Below, piece after piece: positions 1 to 13,178 of a stretch of 64,000 nucleotides of DNA. The notes beneath the pieces are model-generated. The model had not been told where the DNA came from. It was given only the letters and a program-made list of their open reading frames with translations, and made no database searches. The DNA lies in NCBI RefSeq assembly GCF_006345805.1, contig NC_043008.1, forward strand, positions 12,462,001 to 12,526,000, read 5' to 3'. A program made the position numbers and the translations under genes. Origin of the DNA: Octopus sinensis. Taxonomy: Eukaryota. How positions within the stretch are numbered: position 1 is the first letter of the stretch; each line of letters opens with the position of its first letter.

Positions 1-506
1 AGATTATCCAAAGCTACAGTAATGAAGAGACAGTACTAAGAGGACTTTGCATATTCCTGGCAATAAAATATAATGTTATTAGAGATCGTTGTTGCAATAG
101 AATTCTAAAAGAAAGGCGGTTGATAAAGCAGTAGATATAATAATAAACTAGTGACTTCAAGGAATTGCCAATCTCTAACTGTGAACAGGACCGGGGAAGT
201 GGTAGATTCAGAGGATGACGAGAGGAAATATGATCTTTGGAAATTGAGTCACATGAAGGCGATGATAAGTGACTGAGATTTTTTGGCGATTTGCTGGGCT
301 TGAGAAAACATGTCAAACTAAGTAGAATTGTGCTGGTAACACGTAAAAGGCACCTGGTACACTCTGTGGAGTGGTCGGTGTTAGGAAGGGCATCCAGCTG
401 TAGAAACCAAACCAAACCAAGACAGACCGGAACTTAGGGCAGGTCTCTGGCTTAGCAGTGCCAGTCAAGCCGTCCAACCCACGACAGCATGGAAAGCAGA
501 CATTAA

Positions 507-538
<32 letters not shown>

Positions 539-2042
539 GGTGGTGATAGGGGTGGTGATGATGATGATGATGATGATGATGATTGATCTCACTAGTGCTA
601 GTGGCACAAGAAAAGCACCCACTACATGCTTTTCAATGGTTGGTGACAGAAAATGCATCATGCTGTAGAACCCATGCCAAGTACAGACAATGGAGCTCAA
701 TACAGCTTGTTTCCGTCTACCAAATCCACTCACAAAGCTTTGTACAAGCTTTGGAACTACTGAAGCTATAGTAGAAGATACTTGGCCAAAGTGCCACGCA
801 GTGGGACTGAACCCATGACCATGTGGTTTAGAAGCAAGCTTCTTACCACACAATCCTCTCCTGCAGATAAGGATTTACTATTAATTTACTAAGGAAGAAG
901 AGATATTGGTATTTCATTGGAAGGAGCTAAGTGAATTACTGCAACATTTGCCGACCATAAATAATTCAAGCAGAGTCCAGGGTTTCTGTTATTTAATTTT
1001 CATTTTCCGTTTCCATCTTTTAGAATAATTTACTTTGTGATTCATCATCAAATGTAAACTTGTAAAACAATTGAAAATATCAATTATGAAAATCGGCAAG
1101 CAGCTCAAACACCATCTACAATTTAAAACACCATCTAACAAAATAATTATAACTATAATATACATTTGTAAAATATCTGATTACTTCCAGGCAATGGTTG
1201 ATTGTACATTTGTTTGCATTATGAAGCAAGCTTTTGTCAGATAGAATCCTGTCTGTTACTATTATACATACAAAGCATTGTTGTTCTTTTTCTTCTCTAT
1301 TATAATTTTCTGAATTGAAAATATCTCAAATTTTGCTTCAGTTATTCTGTAAGTTTGCTCTCTCGAGTTTTATCCTATTGCATTGTTCTTTTCCATTTAT
1401 ATCTAGATAATTTTCATGGGAGTAAGAAATATTTTACTAATAGAATCAAATACAATAAAATTTTTCCTTATCATTTTTAATAAGGAAGAAGAGATATTGG
1501 TATTTCATTGGAAGGAACTTATCTGTGAGAAAAAGGACGAAGATTTGAAAGGGCAAAAGAAAAGAATTGAATAAAAAATATTTCATTCCATTCCATATAC
1601 AAGTGAAACTGTGGCTTTTGTGATAGGCTTGTTAAGAATTCCTTTATACTGGAATACAATATATTCATGAGTTAACTGGTTCTTTCTTTAAGAAGCCCAA
1701 ATCATAACCATGAATGCAAAATTTCTAAAGTAATCAAGATCACTCAGTTGTGAAAATATCAACAAGCTTCTGAGATTTATTATAAAGAATATTCAGAATG
1801 GTAAATCAGAATATTCAGGCTGGTTGATGAGCCATTCTGTAACTGAACCAAAACTATGGCATGTGATCATTAGCTTAAGTATATAATGATAAATGCTAAC
1901 CAATTTATCATAGTTTGATCCAATTTTACCTCATTTATGAAAATCCCAAATATATTCCAAATATTATGTGAAATTAGATATCAGTTAATTTTATGAAATT
2001 CCAAATGGCACTTTTGCATTTTAAAGAATCTCTAAGGAGGTC

Positions 2043-2074
<32 letters not shown>

Positions 2075-2325
2075 TTGTGTGTATATATGTGTATATATAT
2101 CAATGGGTGTACATAGTCCAAATGGAAGTACATCCACCATAATGTAATAAAGTCTTCCCTTGAAGAATTTTTGTGGATTTTATTGGTGCAGGAGTGGCTG
2201 TTTGGTAACATGGTTCTGGGTTCAGTGCTACTGAATTAGTGGAAATCCATATTCACCAGCAATATCTGGTGAATATGGAGGGTTGGGTAACACATCCCAG
2301 CTGAGCTGCAGCAATGTATGTCTGG

Positions 2326-2558
2326 TTCCCAAAGCATCAAGTGCCGAAAATGAACTTTCTTTCTGATCTTCCATTTTAAAGGGTTACGGAATTAACACAG
2401 GTCATAGAAACATAAACCTTCTTCCATGAAAAGATAGCTTAAACTGTGCTCTAAATGGAGGTGTAGTCAAATCCTATTTTATGGACTCAACCATGTTCTA
2501 AAATAAGTCGAAATATAAGCTACTATAAATCGGCACAAACTTTATTGACAACCCAATA
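2326..2558 (-). mobile_element. 5' end of a mariner transposon (TIR plus frameshifted transposase start)
   Basis: TA-TTGGGTTGTCAATAAAGTTTGTGCCGATTT is a mariner-like TIR. ATG at 2374 reads MEDQK/[shift]KVHFRHLMLWE, like mellifera-subfamily mariner N-termini. Confidence 0.75.
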
Positions 2559-3427
2559 TCTTATGACAGAGAGGCTGAGTCAGTGACTCGTAAACCTGGA
2601 GTTTTGTGCCAAGGCTCTTGTCAAAATGTTCACAGGTGCTTTGATTAATGGTGTAGCTTCTAAGTTATAACTGGTAATGAATTAACTAAATGCAGCTTTG
2701 CTTAGTACACCAAAACTAAGCAATATCATTGGCTGAAAATAGCCCAGAAAAACAGTCACGTAAAGTCATGTAAGTTACTAGGTCATGTGACAATATTCAA
2801 ATTTTTGTCAAAATTAAAGAACTGATTGCACTTCACTGTCATGGATGGAGATGAATGCTCATATTAACTGCTTCTGCATCTATGAGAAAGAAAAGAGGAA
2901 GAGAGAAAGTGTGTTAATAAATGAAGAGGATAAGATATAAGTTGGTGCTATAGATAGTCTAAAAAATACACAATGTGTTTGTGTATGTGTGTATGTATAT
3001 ATGTGTGTGTGAATGTGTGTGGATATGTATACATGTGTCTGTGTGTATATATATATTACATATTATATATATATATAATATATATATAATATATATAATA
3101 TATATAAAAAGCACCATCTGTCCGTGGCCGTTTGCCAGCTCCGTCTGGCACCTGTGCGGGTGGCACGTAAAAAGCACCCACTACACTCACGGACTGGTTG
3201 GCGTTAGGAAGGGCATCCAGCCGTAGAAACACTGCCAGATCAGACTGGGCCTGATGCAGCCTTCCGGCTTCACAGACCCCAGTTGAACCGTCCAACCCAT
3301 GCTAGCATGGAAAGTGGACACTAAATGATGATGATGATGATGATATAATGTATATATATATATATATATATATAAATATTTATTTATTATATATATATAT
3401 GTGTATATATATATATATGTGTATGTG

Positions 3428-3481
<54 letters not shown>

Positions 3482-3576
3482 GTATGTATATATGTATGTA
3501 TATATATATATGCATATATATGTATATATATATGCAAAAAGTCCGTTTCCTTGTTTGATGTCCTGTATCATATTAT

Positions 3577-3608
<32 letters not shown>

Positions 3609-3688
3609 ATATATGCATGTATATATACATATAGATGTAGGTATGTACATATGTATGTATGTATGCATATGTTTATTTATTAAATTGT

Positions 3689-3733
<45 letters not shown>

Positions 3734-4486
3734 ATTATTTGTGTGGAAGCACTAAGAAAAAGTGTTTTATCTAATATTATTTTTCTAGAATAGAAATTAA
3801 TTTTCATACATGGCTTTTCTTTTAAAATTTCAAATTATTTTTTTCTTTAAAACATGTATCTATTTTTCTAGATTTGTTTCTTTGCAATATATTACACGCG
3901 AGTTTCTGGACCCGCAAACACCGATCCTTCTTTACGATAATACAAAACCCACTAAAATAATTTCTAGTGTATTTTCTTCATTTAACTGGGTGGGTGTTGC
4001 GTAAGGCATCAACAAGAAACAAATCTGGTTTTCTTTTTTCTAACATAAATAACGGAATAATAATATTCTAAACAAAATGCTGAAGATGGGAGAGGAGGAA
4101 AAAAAAAATTCTTTATCACAATTCAATATACGTAATTATTGCTTTGAAATACCGATCCATTTTTATAGGAAGAATTTTCTTTTCCCTTCTATTTATTTAT
4201 TTTTTTTAATTCTATTTTCCGTTTTAATTTTTTTCTTTTTTCTTTGTGAAAGATTCTTAAACAAAATGTTAAAAATTTGGCTCTTTGGTATTTTAGCTAA
4301 CTGTTTGTTTGTGTGCGTGTGTGTGTGTGTGTGTGTGTGCAAATGCAAATATATTTTAGATATACCTATGAGTATGTACACATACATACTTACATATACA
4401 CTTAGTTATACATGCATATATTTATATATGTGCATACATTTATACATACATAGATATATGTATATATATATGTATGTGTATATATG

Positions 4487-4524
<38 letters not shown>

Positions 4525-5174
4525 CACACACGCATATATATATATACACATGTATACATACATACATATATAAATATATATATAGTTGTTTGCACTCACT
4601 CACATACACATACATACCTAGATACATACATACATATGTATATATACCTGTATGTATTTGTATATATATTGTCATCAACATCACCATCATTTAACATCTA
4701 GCTTCCATTCTTCAATGAACAGGTTGATTTGACAGGATCTGACAACTGTAGGTTAACTGAGAAGGGTGTATTGTGCCTCAGTGTCTGCTTCGGCATGGTT
4801 TCCATGGCTGGATGCATTTCCTAATGCTAACCTCTTTACAGAGTACGCTTAGTGCTTCTTAGCTTTGTAGTACCAACTCTAGTAAGGTACCCCTTATTTG
4901 AATGAGTCTACAGCAGAGAGAAAAATGACCTTGTGCTCAATGTTGAAAAGTTTAAGAATGAAAGAAGGGGCAATTAGTCTGTATTCTAACAAAAGAAAGG
5001 AGAGTAATTACTACTTTGGCAGAAATTATATAAAATGTCCCTTAGGAATGTATTTAATTGTGACATTAAGTACATTCCTACTGAATACATAATTTACATT
5101 ATTTACATTATTTATATTATATTATTTATATTATTTACATTTGACGGATATTTGTCCTCATGTTGTTTGTTGTA

Positions 5175-5220
5175 AACACAACGTTTCGGCTAATATACCC
5201 TCCAGCCTTCATCAGGTGTC
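5175..5220 (-). ncRNA. Minimal hammerhead-like motif with zero-loop palindromic stem III (dimer type)
   Basis: Minus strand: GACAC CTGATGA A GGCTG..TAGCC GAAAC GTT GTGTT. Stems I and II pair; AACGTT palindrome. Confidence 0.72.
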
Positions 5221-5266
5221 TTGGGGAAATTTCAAACCTGGGTTTTCATTCCTAAGGTATTTTCGA

Positions 5267-5390
<124 letters not shown>

Positions 5391-5400
5391 TATTATTATT

Positions 5401-5492
5401 ATTCAGGTCACTGCCTGTTAGCTAGTTTTTCATGGATTTTCTCTATATGTCTCCATTGAAGTCTAATGTCAGCTCCATACTGATTAGATAAT

Positions 5493-5527
<35 letters not shown>

Positions 5528-6683
5528 TATCATCATCATCATCAACAACAACAACAACATCATCATCATCATCATCATCATCAACAACAACATCATCATC
5601 ATCAACATCATCATCGTTTAATGTCTGCTTTCCATGCTAGCATGGGTTGGACGATTTGACTGAGGGCAGGTGAACCAGATGGCTGTACCAGGCTCCAATC
5701 TGATCTGGCCTAGTTTCTACAGCTGGATGCCCTTCCTAATGCCAACCACTCCGAGAGTGTAGTGGGTACTCTTACGTGTCACCGGCACGGATATCATAGC
5801 TACAATTTCTATTTGAATATGATACCCATATCTTAATTAATTATTGACAAGTCCCTTAACCCCTTGGCAGGGTCATTGGAGCACTTCAGCCATGCAGTGT
5901 ATCTAAGGGAAGAAAGCTTGGCAGATCCAATCCCTCTCCATTTCTACAGCTGAGTTGACTGGAGCAACATGAAAACACAATCTTGCATTTGTGAGTCCAC
6001 CACCCTAACCACTAAGCCATGTGCTTCCACAATTAATTAGTACCTGTCTATTAAGCTGAATGTTTCATTCCATTATTGATTCCACTCTCTTATTGAAGAG
6101 TGCAGATGAGTTTTTTTTTTTTTTTTTTTGTTTCCCTACTCTGATGGAGCAAGAAATTTTGAGTTTGGTAAAAGTGAAACCAATTAAACGAAAACACCTT
6201 CTCGTTGAAGTCGATTCGAATACAAGCTTGTGTCCAGAGTGATTTCTGTTGGTTACAGATTGTCTTTTATCTCGTTAATTGTTGACTTGGATAAAACACA
6301 GAATCACACAACTGTACAAGAAAAATTAAAGTAAGAACGAAAAAAATTATCGTATTACAAAGAAGAAACTGAATTCTCATGACCCCAGAACAAAAACAAA
6401 AATAAAACAACAGTCATCGAAATCATTGTTATTCACAGTGTTTGTTGTATGTCTTCCTTTAAGAGTGAATGTTTTGTTTAAGATTCTAATTTATTCCACA
6501 AGTGGCTCTGCAAATAGTCCATCTATTCTTTGTTTAATGTATTCTCATTTTGTCTTGAAGCATTTGGCTTTTGTTTTTTTTAATTCTTCTTTGCTGGAAG
6601 TTTTCCACTCACTTTGTTCTACCAGTCGATACTAGCAGCGATTATTATTATTATTACTATTATTATTATTTATTATTATATTA

Positions 6684-6770
<87 letters not shown>

Positions 6771-8007
6771 TCACTGCCTGTTAGCTAGTTTTTCATGGAT
6801 TTTCTCTATATGTCTCCATTGAAGTCTAATGTCAGCTCCATACTGATTAGATAATATCATCATCATCATCAACATCATCATCATCATCATTATCATCATC
6901 ATCATCAACAACAACAACAACATCATCATCATCATCATCATCATCATCAACAACAACATCATCATCATCAACATCATCATCGTTTAATGTCTGCTTTCCA
7001 TGCTAGCATGGGTTGGACGATTTGACTGAGGGCAGGTGAACCAGATGGCTGTACCAGGTTCCAATCTGATCTGGCCTAGTTTCTACAGCTGGATGCCCTT
7101 CCTAATGCCAACCACTCCGAGAGTGTAGTGGGTACTCTTTACGTGTCACCGGCACGGATATCATAGCTACAATTTCTATTTGAATATGATACCCATATCT
7201 TAATTAATTATTGACAAGTCCCTTAACCCCTTGGCAGGGTCATTGGAGCACTTCAGCCATGCAGTGTATCTAAGGGAAGAAAGCTTGGCAGATCCAATCC
7301 CTCTCCATTTCTACAGCTGAGTTGACTGGAGCAACATGAAAACACAATCTTGCATTTGTGAGTCCACCACCCTAACCACTAAGCCATGTGCTTCCACAAT
7401 TAATTAGTACCTGTCTATTAAGCTGAATGTTTCATTCCATTATTGATTCCACTCTCTTATTGAAGAGTGCAGATGAGTTTTTTTTTTTTTTTTTTGTTTC
7501 CCTACTCTGATGGAGCAAGAAATTTTGAGTTTGGTAAAAGTGAAACCAATTAACGAAAACACCTTCTCGTTGAAGTCGATTCGAATACAAGCTTGTGTCC
7601 AGAGTGATTTCTGTGGTTACAGATTGTCTTTTATCTCGTTAATTGTTGACTTGGATAAAACACAGAATCACACAACTGTACAAGAAAAATTAAAGTAAGA
7701 ACGAAAAAAATTATCGTATTACAAAGAAGAAACTGAATTCTCATGACCCCAGAACAAAAACAAAAATAAAACAACAGTCATCGAAATCATTGTTATTTCA
7801 CAAGTGTTTGTTGTATGTCTTCCTTTAAGAGTGAATGTTTTGTTTAAGATTCTAATTTATTCCACAAGTGGCTCTGCAAATTAGTCCATCTATTCTTTGT
7901 TTAATGTATTCTCATTTTGTCTTGAAGCATTTGGCTTTTGTTTTTTTTAATTCTTCTTTGCTGGAAGTTTTCCACTCACTTTGTTCTACCAGTCGATACT
8001 AGCAGCG
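5401..8007. repeat. Near-identical 1.24-kb direct duplication (5401-6640 / 6764-8007) bounded by (TAT)n
   Basis: The copies differ mainly by 1-nt homopolymer indels. Confidence 0.95.
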
Positions 8008-8024
8008 ATTATTATTATTATTAC

Positions 8025-8087
<63 letters not shown>

Positions 8088-8088
<1 letters not shown>

Positions 8089-8448
8089 TAGTAGTTTTAT
8101 TTTTATAGCGTACTTTCACTTCGCTACCGAGCGCAGCTCTGTGTGCCTTGGGTATGTGCTGTGATTTGTTGTGATGCTCTGATGGTTATTGTATAGAAAG
8201 TGCTCTGCGTAGGATGTGTGCAGTGCCTAGTAGTGCAATTTTCTGTATGTTATATGTGTTTGTAAGTTCTGGTGTTTTTGTTATGTATTTGTCTGAATAT
8301 TTTTTTATCATGCCTAATGCACCTACTATGATAGGAATTGTTTCTGCTTTTAGATTCCACATTCTAGCTACCTCTATTTCCAGGTCTTTGTATTTTGAAA
8401 GTTTCTCCATTTCTTTTAGAAACACTTTGTCATCTGCTGGTATTGATA

Positions 8449-8450
<2 letters not shown>
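8088..8450 (-). mobile_element. 3' fragment of an R4/Dong-like LINE (restriction-like endonuclease C-terminus) in a (TAA)n array
   Basis: Minus ORF VSIPADD..EKLSKYKDLEIEVARMWNLKAETIPIIVGALG..IQKIALLGTAHILRRAL*, short 3' UTR, (TAA)n on both sides, which is the known Dong target. Confidence 0.85.
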
Positions 8451-8517
<67 letters not shown>

Positions 8518-8688
8518 ATTATCGTCATCATCATCATCATCACCATCATCTTGTTATGTTGGCAAGAGATTTAAAAAGAGTAATTTTCTAATGAATCTTA
8601 CTTTTAAAGCATTTTCATCAGAATTTGTTTGTTTTCTTTCAATAAACCATAACATTTAATGTTATTGTTATTTTTTTTTGTATTTCAG

Positions 8689-8979
8689 AAGTACACATAT
8701 GGGGCACGCAATACGTGGATGTGGGAGAGACCATTACTCTCCAGTGTAATGCTAGTGGTGTTGAATACGTACCAGAAGAGGTGGACTGGTTTAAAGATGG
8801 CAATGAAATAAAACCGAACACTCTGGCAAATGTAGCCATTAGGAAATTCCCATCTGTCAATGAACGTTCACTACGTAGTACATTGCAAATTATGCAGGGA
8901 AAAATGTCAGATGCGGGTACCTATATATGCCGAATTTCAGAAGCTGATATAGCTAGTATTAAAGTACATGTCTTAAATG
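8689..8979 (+). CDS. Internal coding exon: one Ig (I-set-like) domain, resembling the second Ig domain of Dpr/ZIG-8-like two-Ig cell-surface proteins
   Basis: Acceptor tttttttttgtatttcAG (8687-8688) and donor GTAAGT (8980). 291 nt, phase 1-1. Reads (x)VHIWGTQYVDVGETITLQCNASGVEYVPEEVDWFKDG...STLQIMQGKMSDAGTYICRISEADIASIKVHVLN, with the Ig Cys, the Trp of WFKDG and DxGxYxC. Family assignment is from recall of molluscan Dpr/ZIG-8-like sequences. Confidence 0.92.
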
Positions 8980-9691
8980 GTAAGTAGACTTATTCAGCAG
9001 ATTAATATTTGATGCTGATTTGAATGTTCAATTTCTTATTGTTCTCTTCTTTTGTGTTGGTTATGTTATGCTGATGGCTTCTAAAAAGAATGAAATAGTA
9101 CTGTACATGATTACCATAGACGAGAAGTTTTTAGGCATTTATAACGGAAAAGCAAAGAGATTGAATATAAGGTGTGTACGTGTGGTAAGAATCTTAATTA
9201 CCAACTGCATGGTTCTGGGTTCAGTCCTACTGTATGATACCTAGAGCAAGTGACTTCTTTCACCCTTTCACCTCAGGCTGACCAAAGCCTTGAGAGTGGA
9301 ATTGGTAGAAATTGAAAGAAAACTGTCATATATATATATATGAGTGTGTGTGTGTATGTGCGTGTGTGTTTATTTCTGCGTTTGTCCCCATCACTGCTTG
9401 AGAACTGGGCTACGTGTGTTTACATATAACTTAGTGGTTTGACAAAAAAGATTGATAGAACTGGCTAAAAAAATCACTAAAAATATTAAGGTCAATTCAG
9501 TCAAGTAAAATTCTTCAAGACACTACCCCAGCATGGCCTCAGTCTATTGAGTGAAACAACTAAAAGATAAAAGATGTATATTCTATGCATGTTCTTTCTT
9601 ATTCCTTAATTCCATATTCAATTAATTTGTTTTTGTCTTTTTTGAGAAAAGAATTTATGTTGCTCTTCTCAACAATATATATACATATATA

Positions 9692-9728
<37 letters not shown>

Positions 9729-9775
9729 GATTTTTTTCCTCTGTCTTCCCTTCTCGGGATCTTTCCTTCTCCTAT

Positions 9776-9810
9776 GTTTCCGACGAAGAGCTCCGCTCGA
9801 AACGTTAAAC
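9776..9810 (+). ncRNA. Minimal hammerhead-like motif (U4C core variant)
   Basis: GTTT CCGACGA A GAGC TCC GCTC GAAAC GTT AAAC. Stem I GTTT/AAAC, stem II GAGC/GCTC. Confidence 0.68.
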
Positions 9811-9939
9811 CCTCCTTCTTCCCTTCTTTCCTGAGCGTCCAATAATACTTTATTTGTTCCACGTTCTCGCGTTGTTGTGTTTTTTTGTGTTTTCTTATCT
9901 GGATTAACTATATATATATATATATATACATATATACAT

Positions 9940-9971
<32 letters not shown>

Positions 9972-9991
9972 CATATATACATATATATATA

Positions 9992-10081
<90 letters not shown>

Positions 10082-10114
10082 CACACACACAAACATATAT
10101 ATATATATTGTGAC

Positions 10115-10425
10115 AATGGCACGTGAAAAACATTCAAGTGAGGTTGTTGCCAGTGCTGCTGGACTGGCTCCTGTGCAGGTGGCACATGAAAAATACCACT
10201 TGAGCATGGCCGTTGCCAGTACCACCTGACTGGCCCTCGTGCCGGTGGCACGTAAAAGCACCCGCTACACTCTTGGAGTGGTTGGCGTTAGGAAGGGCAT
10301 CCAGCTGTAGAAACTGCCAGATCAGATTGGAGCCTGGTGCAACCATCTCGTTCGCCGGTCCTCAGTCAAATCGTCCAACCCATGCTAGCATGGAAAGCAG
10401 ACGTTAAACGATGATGATGATGAGG
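10115..10425 (+). mobile_element. Representative of the most abundant interspersed repeat, with GGAAGGGCATCCAGC core and (GAT)n tail (other copies near 335, 3045, 5612, 6980, 17330, 23058, 23370, 24530, 25662, 26575, 28050, 30290, 32330, 51265, 59735, 63650)
   Basis: At least 15 dispersed copies ending CCAACCCATGCTAGCATGGAAAGCGGACGTTAAACGATGATG; variable 5' ends and a simple-repeat tail suggest a retroposon. Confidence 0.8.
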
Positions 10426-11140
10426 AGAAGGAGGATATATATATATTATTTTCTGGTTGTCTCCAGTTTCATATTGTCAATATAGTCACCTTATATTTTC
10501 ATATGGTAATGTGATCATAATTTGCTCATAAGACATAAATTGTTAATCTCAAAATATTGGTTATTGTTCTTCGTGATGCTTAAATGGCATAATACAGGAA
10601 ATAAATGTACTTGTTCAGCTGAAATATTTCCTATGTACATCTTCATTAAAATTATCAATTTCTCCATCTGTTTATCTCCTCTATTTCCATTTCTTTCCTC
10701 TCTCTCTCTCTCATTCATGCACAAATACACATACAAAATCATCGTTTGTAGGTTAACGTAAGTACTATGTCGCTTGGTCAGACACATTTACCATGGAGAT
10801 ATTTATGAATTCTTCACGTGGAACCACATCAACGAAGAGTTGCATAAATTACAACGCAAGATGTGTTATAAAATGGAATTTAGACAAAACAAGCAATATG
10901 AATTATTGGGTCAAATAATTTCGTATTGATCTCTTCTAACCTTAAAATCAAAAGGTCAATATCGGCAACAGCGATTAGACACTGGAAATAAGTTTATGCG
11001 TTAATTTTACCATCGTACGCAATAGAAGCACCTGAAGACAGATATTTCCATACCTAAAAGCAAATTACTCATTGGAATCGCTCGCCAATAGATCATTGAT
11101 ATACATACATACATATATACATATACATATATATATATAC

Positions 11141-11211
<71 letters not shown>

Positions 11212-11510
11212 CTAGCAGTATCGCCCGGCGTTGCTCAGGTTTGTTTCAACCCTTTAAGAATTGAAATTTTTGAAAAGTAAACAGTTAGCATTATGTAGCT
11301 TGTTATTCTCTTTAAGTGAACATTTTTCCGGTTGAAATACACCGAAAAATGGCGACACAGCAGTTAAAAAATCGGAAAAAATCGGGATTTTTATAGAAAA
11401 AAAAGCACCTTTTTGATTTGTGAATAATTTTTGGTGTTAGCATGGTCTGATTTGGATTTTTTTTTCAGAGAAGAAAAACCTGCCATACACAGACAACTTC
11501 AGCTTTATAC
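11212..11510 (-). mobile_element. Non-autonomous Helitron-like element
   Basis: Minus-strand 3' end has a subterminal hairpin then CTAG|T; inserted in (TA)n; homologous to 53384-53770. Confidence 0.65.
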
Positions 11511-11530
11511 ATACATATAAATATATATAC

Positions 11531-11641
<111 letters not shown>

Positions 11642-11715
11642 AATATATATATATGTATATATATATTAGTGAATTGAAGAAATGGAGTTGAACGAAGATT
11701 GAACACAAATCGTTT

Positions 11716-11808
11716 TATTGCATTCTACACGTGTTTCGAAAGCCACAATTTACCAAATTCCGATTGAATAAGGAGACCACATTGTGTCTTTCTCTTCAGG
11801 AAGAAATA
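11716..11808 (-). ncRNA. Minimal type-I hammerhead ribozyme, canonical core, GUA site
   Basis: Minus strand: TTC, CTGAAGA (11799-11793), stem II GAAAGACACAAT/ATTGTGGCTTTC (11 of 12 pairs), GAAA, CACGTG palindrome, TA, GAA, then AATAAA. Confidence 0.82.
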
Positions 11809-11953
11809 GGAAATCCGTTGGCAAAACAAACCAGAACAGAGCCGCAGCAAAACAAATCGAACGAGGCTCCTAAGAGCCCATGGTATCGGTTAAACTTTTG
11901 ATTAATCTGCAATAAGATTATTCATCTTTCTATGTATATATATAATATGTACG

Positions 11954-12127
<174 letters not shown>

Positions 12128-12137
12128 TATATATATA

Positions 12138-12750
12138 TGAGCTGGACAACATACACCCGGCAGGAATGCCGCCTCAGCGGCTTCCACATGCGGTGTCTTC
12201 GACGGATCCTTGGCATCTCCTGGAAGGACCGAGTACCAAACGGAGTCATCCTAGAACAGACTAATATGCCAAGCATGCATGCCCTCCTCGTGCGGAGACG
12301 ACTGCGCTGGCTCGGACACGTCTGCCGCATGCAGGACGGTCGCATGCCTAAAGACATCCTGTGCAGCGAACTCACCACGGGATCCCGACCCAAGGGACGT
12401 CCACAGCTACGATACAGGGATGTGTGCAAGCGCGACCTGAGGACTGCCAACATCTGTGTGGACACGTGGGAGGAAACAGCTGCTGACCGCTCTGCCTGGC
12501 GTCGGACAGTGAGAAAAGGCGTTTCCATGGCTGAGGAAAGGAGAGCACAGCTGTGGTTGGACAGGCGGGACAGGAGGAGGACAACTGCAGCAACACCCCC
12601 ACACGTACCCTTCGATGTTCGTGTGCAGCAACTGTACCAAGGACTGCCACTCTAGAATTGGACTGTTCAGTCACACCAGATGCTGCTCATCATCAAAGTA
12701 GGCCCCACCCTTGGCGCAACCCATTGTCTATCAAGATAGACGGGGAAGGA
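12138..12750 (+). mobile_element. 5'-truncated RTE-clade LINE (ORF C-terminus plus 3' UTR) inserted in (TA)n
   Basis: ORF 12137-12655 has FHMRCLRRILGISWKDRVPN, RRLRWLGHVCRM and GSRPKGRPQLRYRD. After a frameshift it reads CSNCTKDCHSRIGLFSH. All are typical of RTE C-termini. Confidence 0.92.
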
Positions 12751-12797
12751 TATATATATATTATATATATATATAAATATTATATATATATATATAT

Positions 12798-12876
<79 letters not shown>

Positions 12877-13142
12877 TAGATATAATTCAAAGTAGTAAAT
12901 GATCAAAGATGCTCATTTAGAATATTAGCTCACTCTAAAGTGGCAAGCAGACAGAATCTTTCACACACCAGGCAAAATGTAAAATGGTTAACAGAATTTT
13001 GTCTGTCGTTACGTTCTGAGTTCAAGTTCTTCTGGTGTTGACTTTGCTCTTCATCTTGTATCAGTCAGGCACTGCGGTTGATGCTTTCAACTTGTCTCCT
13101 GCCTGTAAACCGCTGGCTTTGAGCCAAAATTTGATATCATCA

Positions 13143-13178
<36 letters not shown>

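Noticed and set aside
3056-3295. Recurring peptide [24 protein letters not shown] as a gene family
   Set aside because: It is the translation of the abundant non-coding interspersed repeat, with frames differing among copies.
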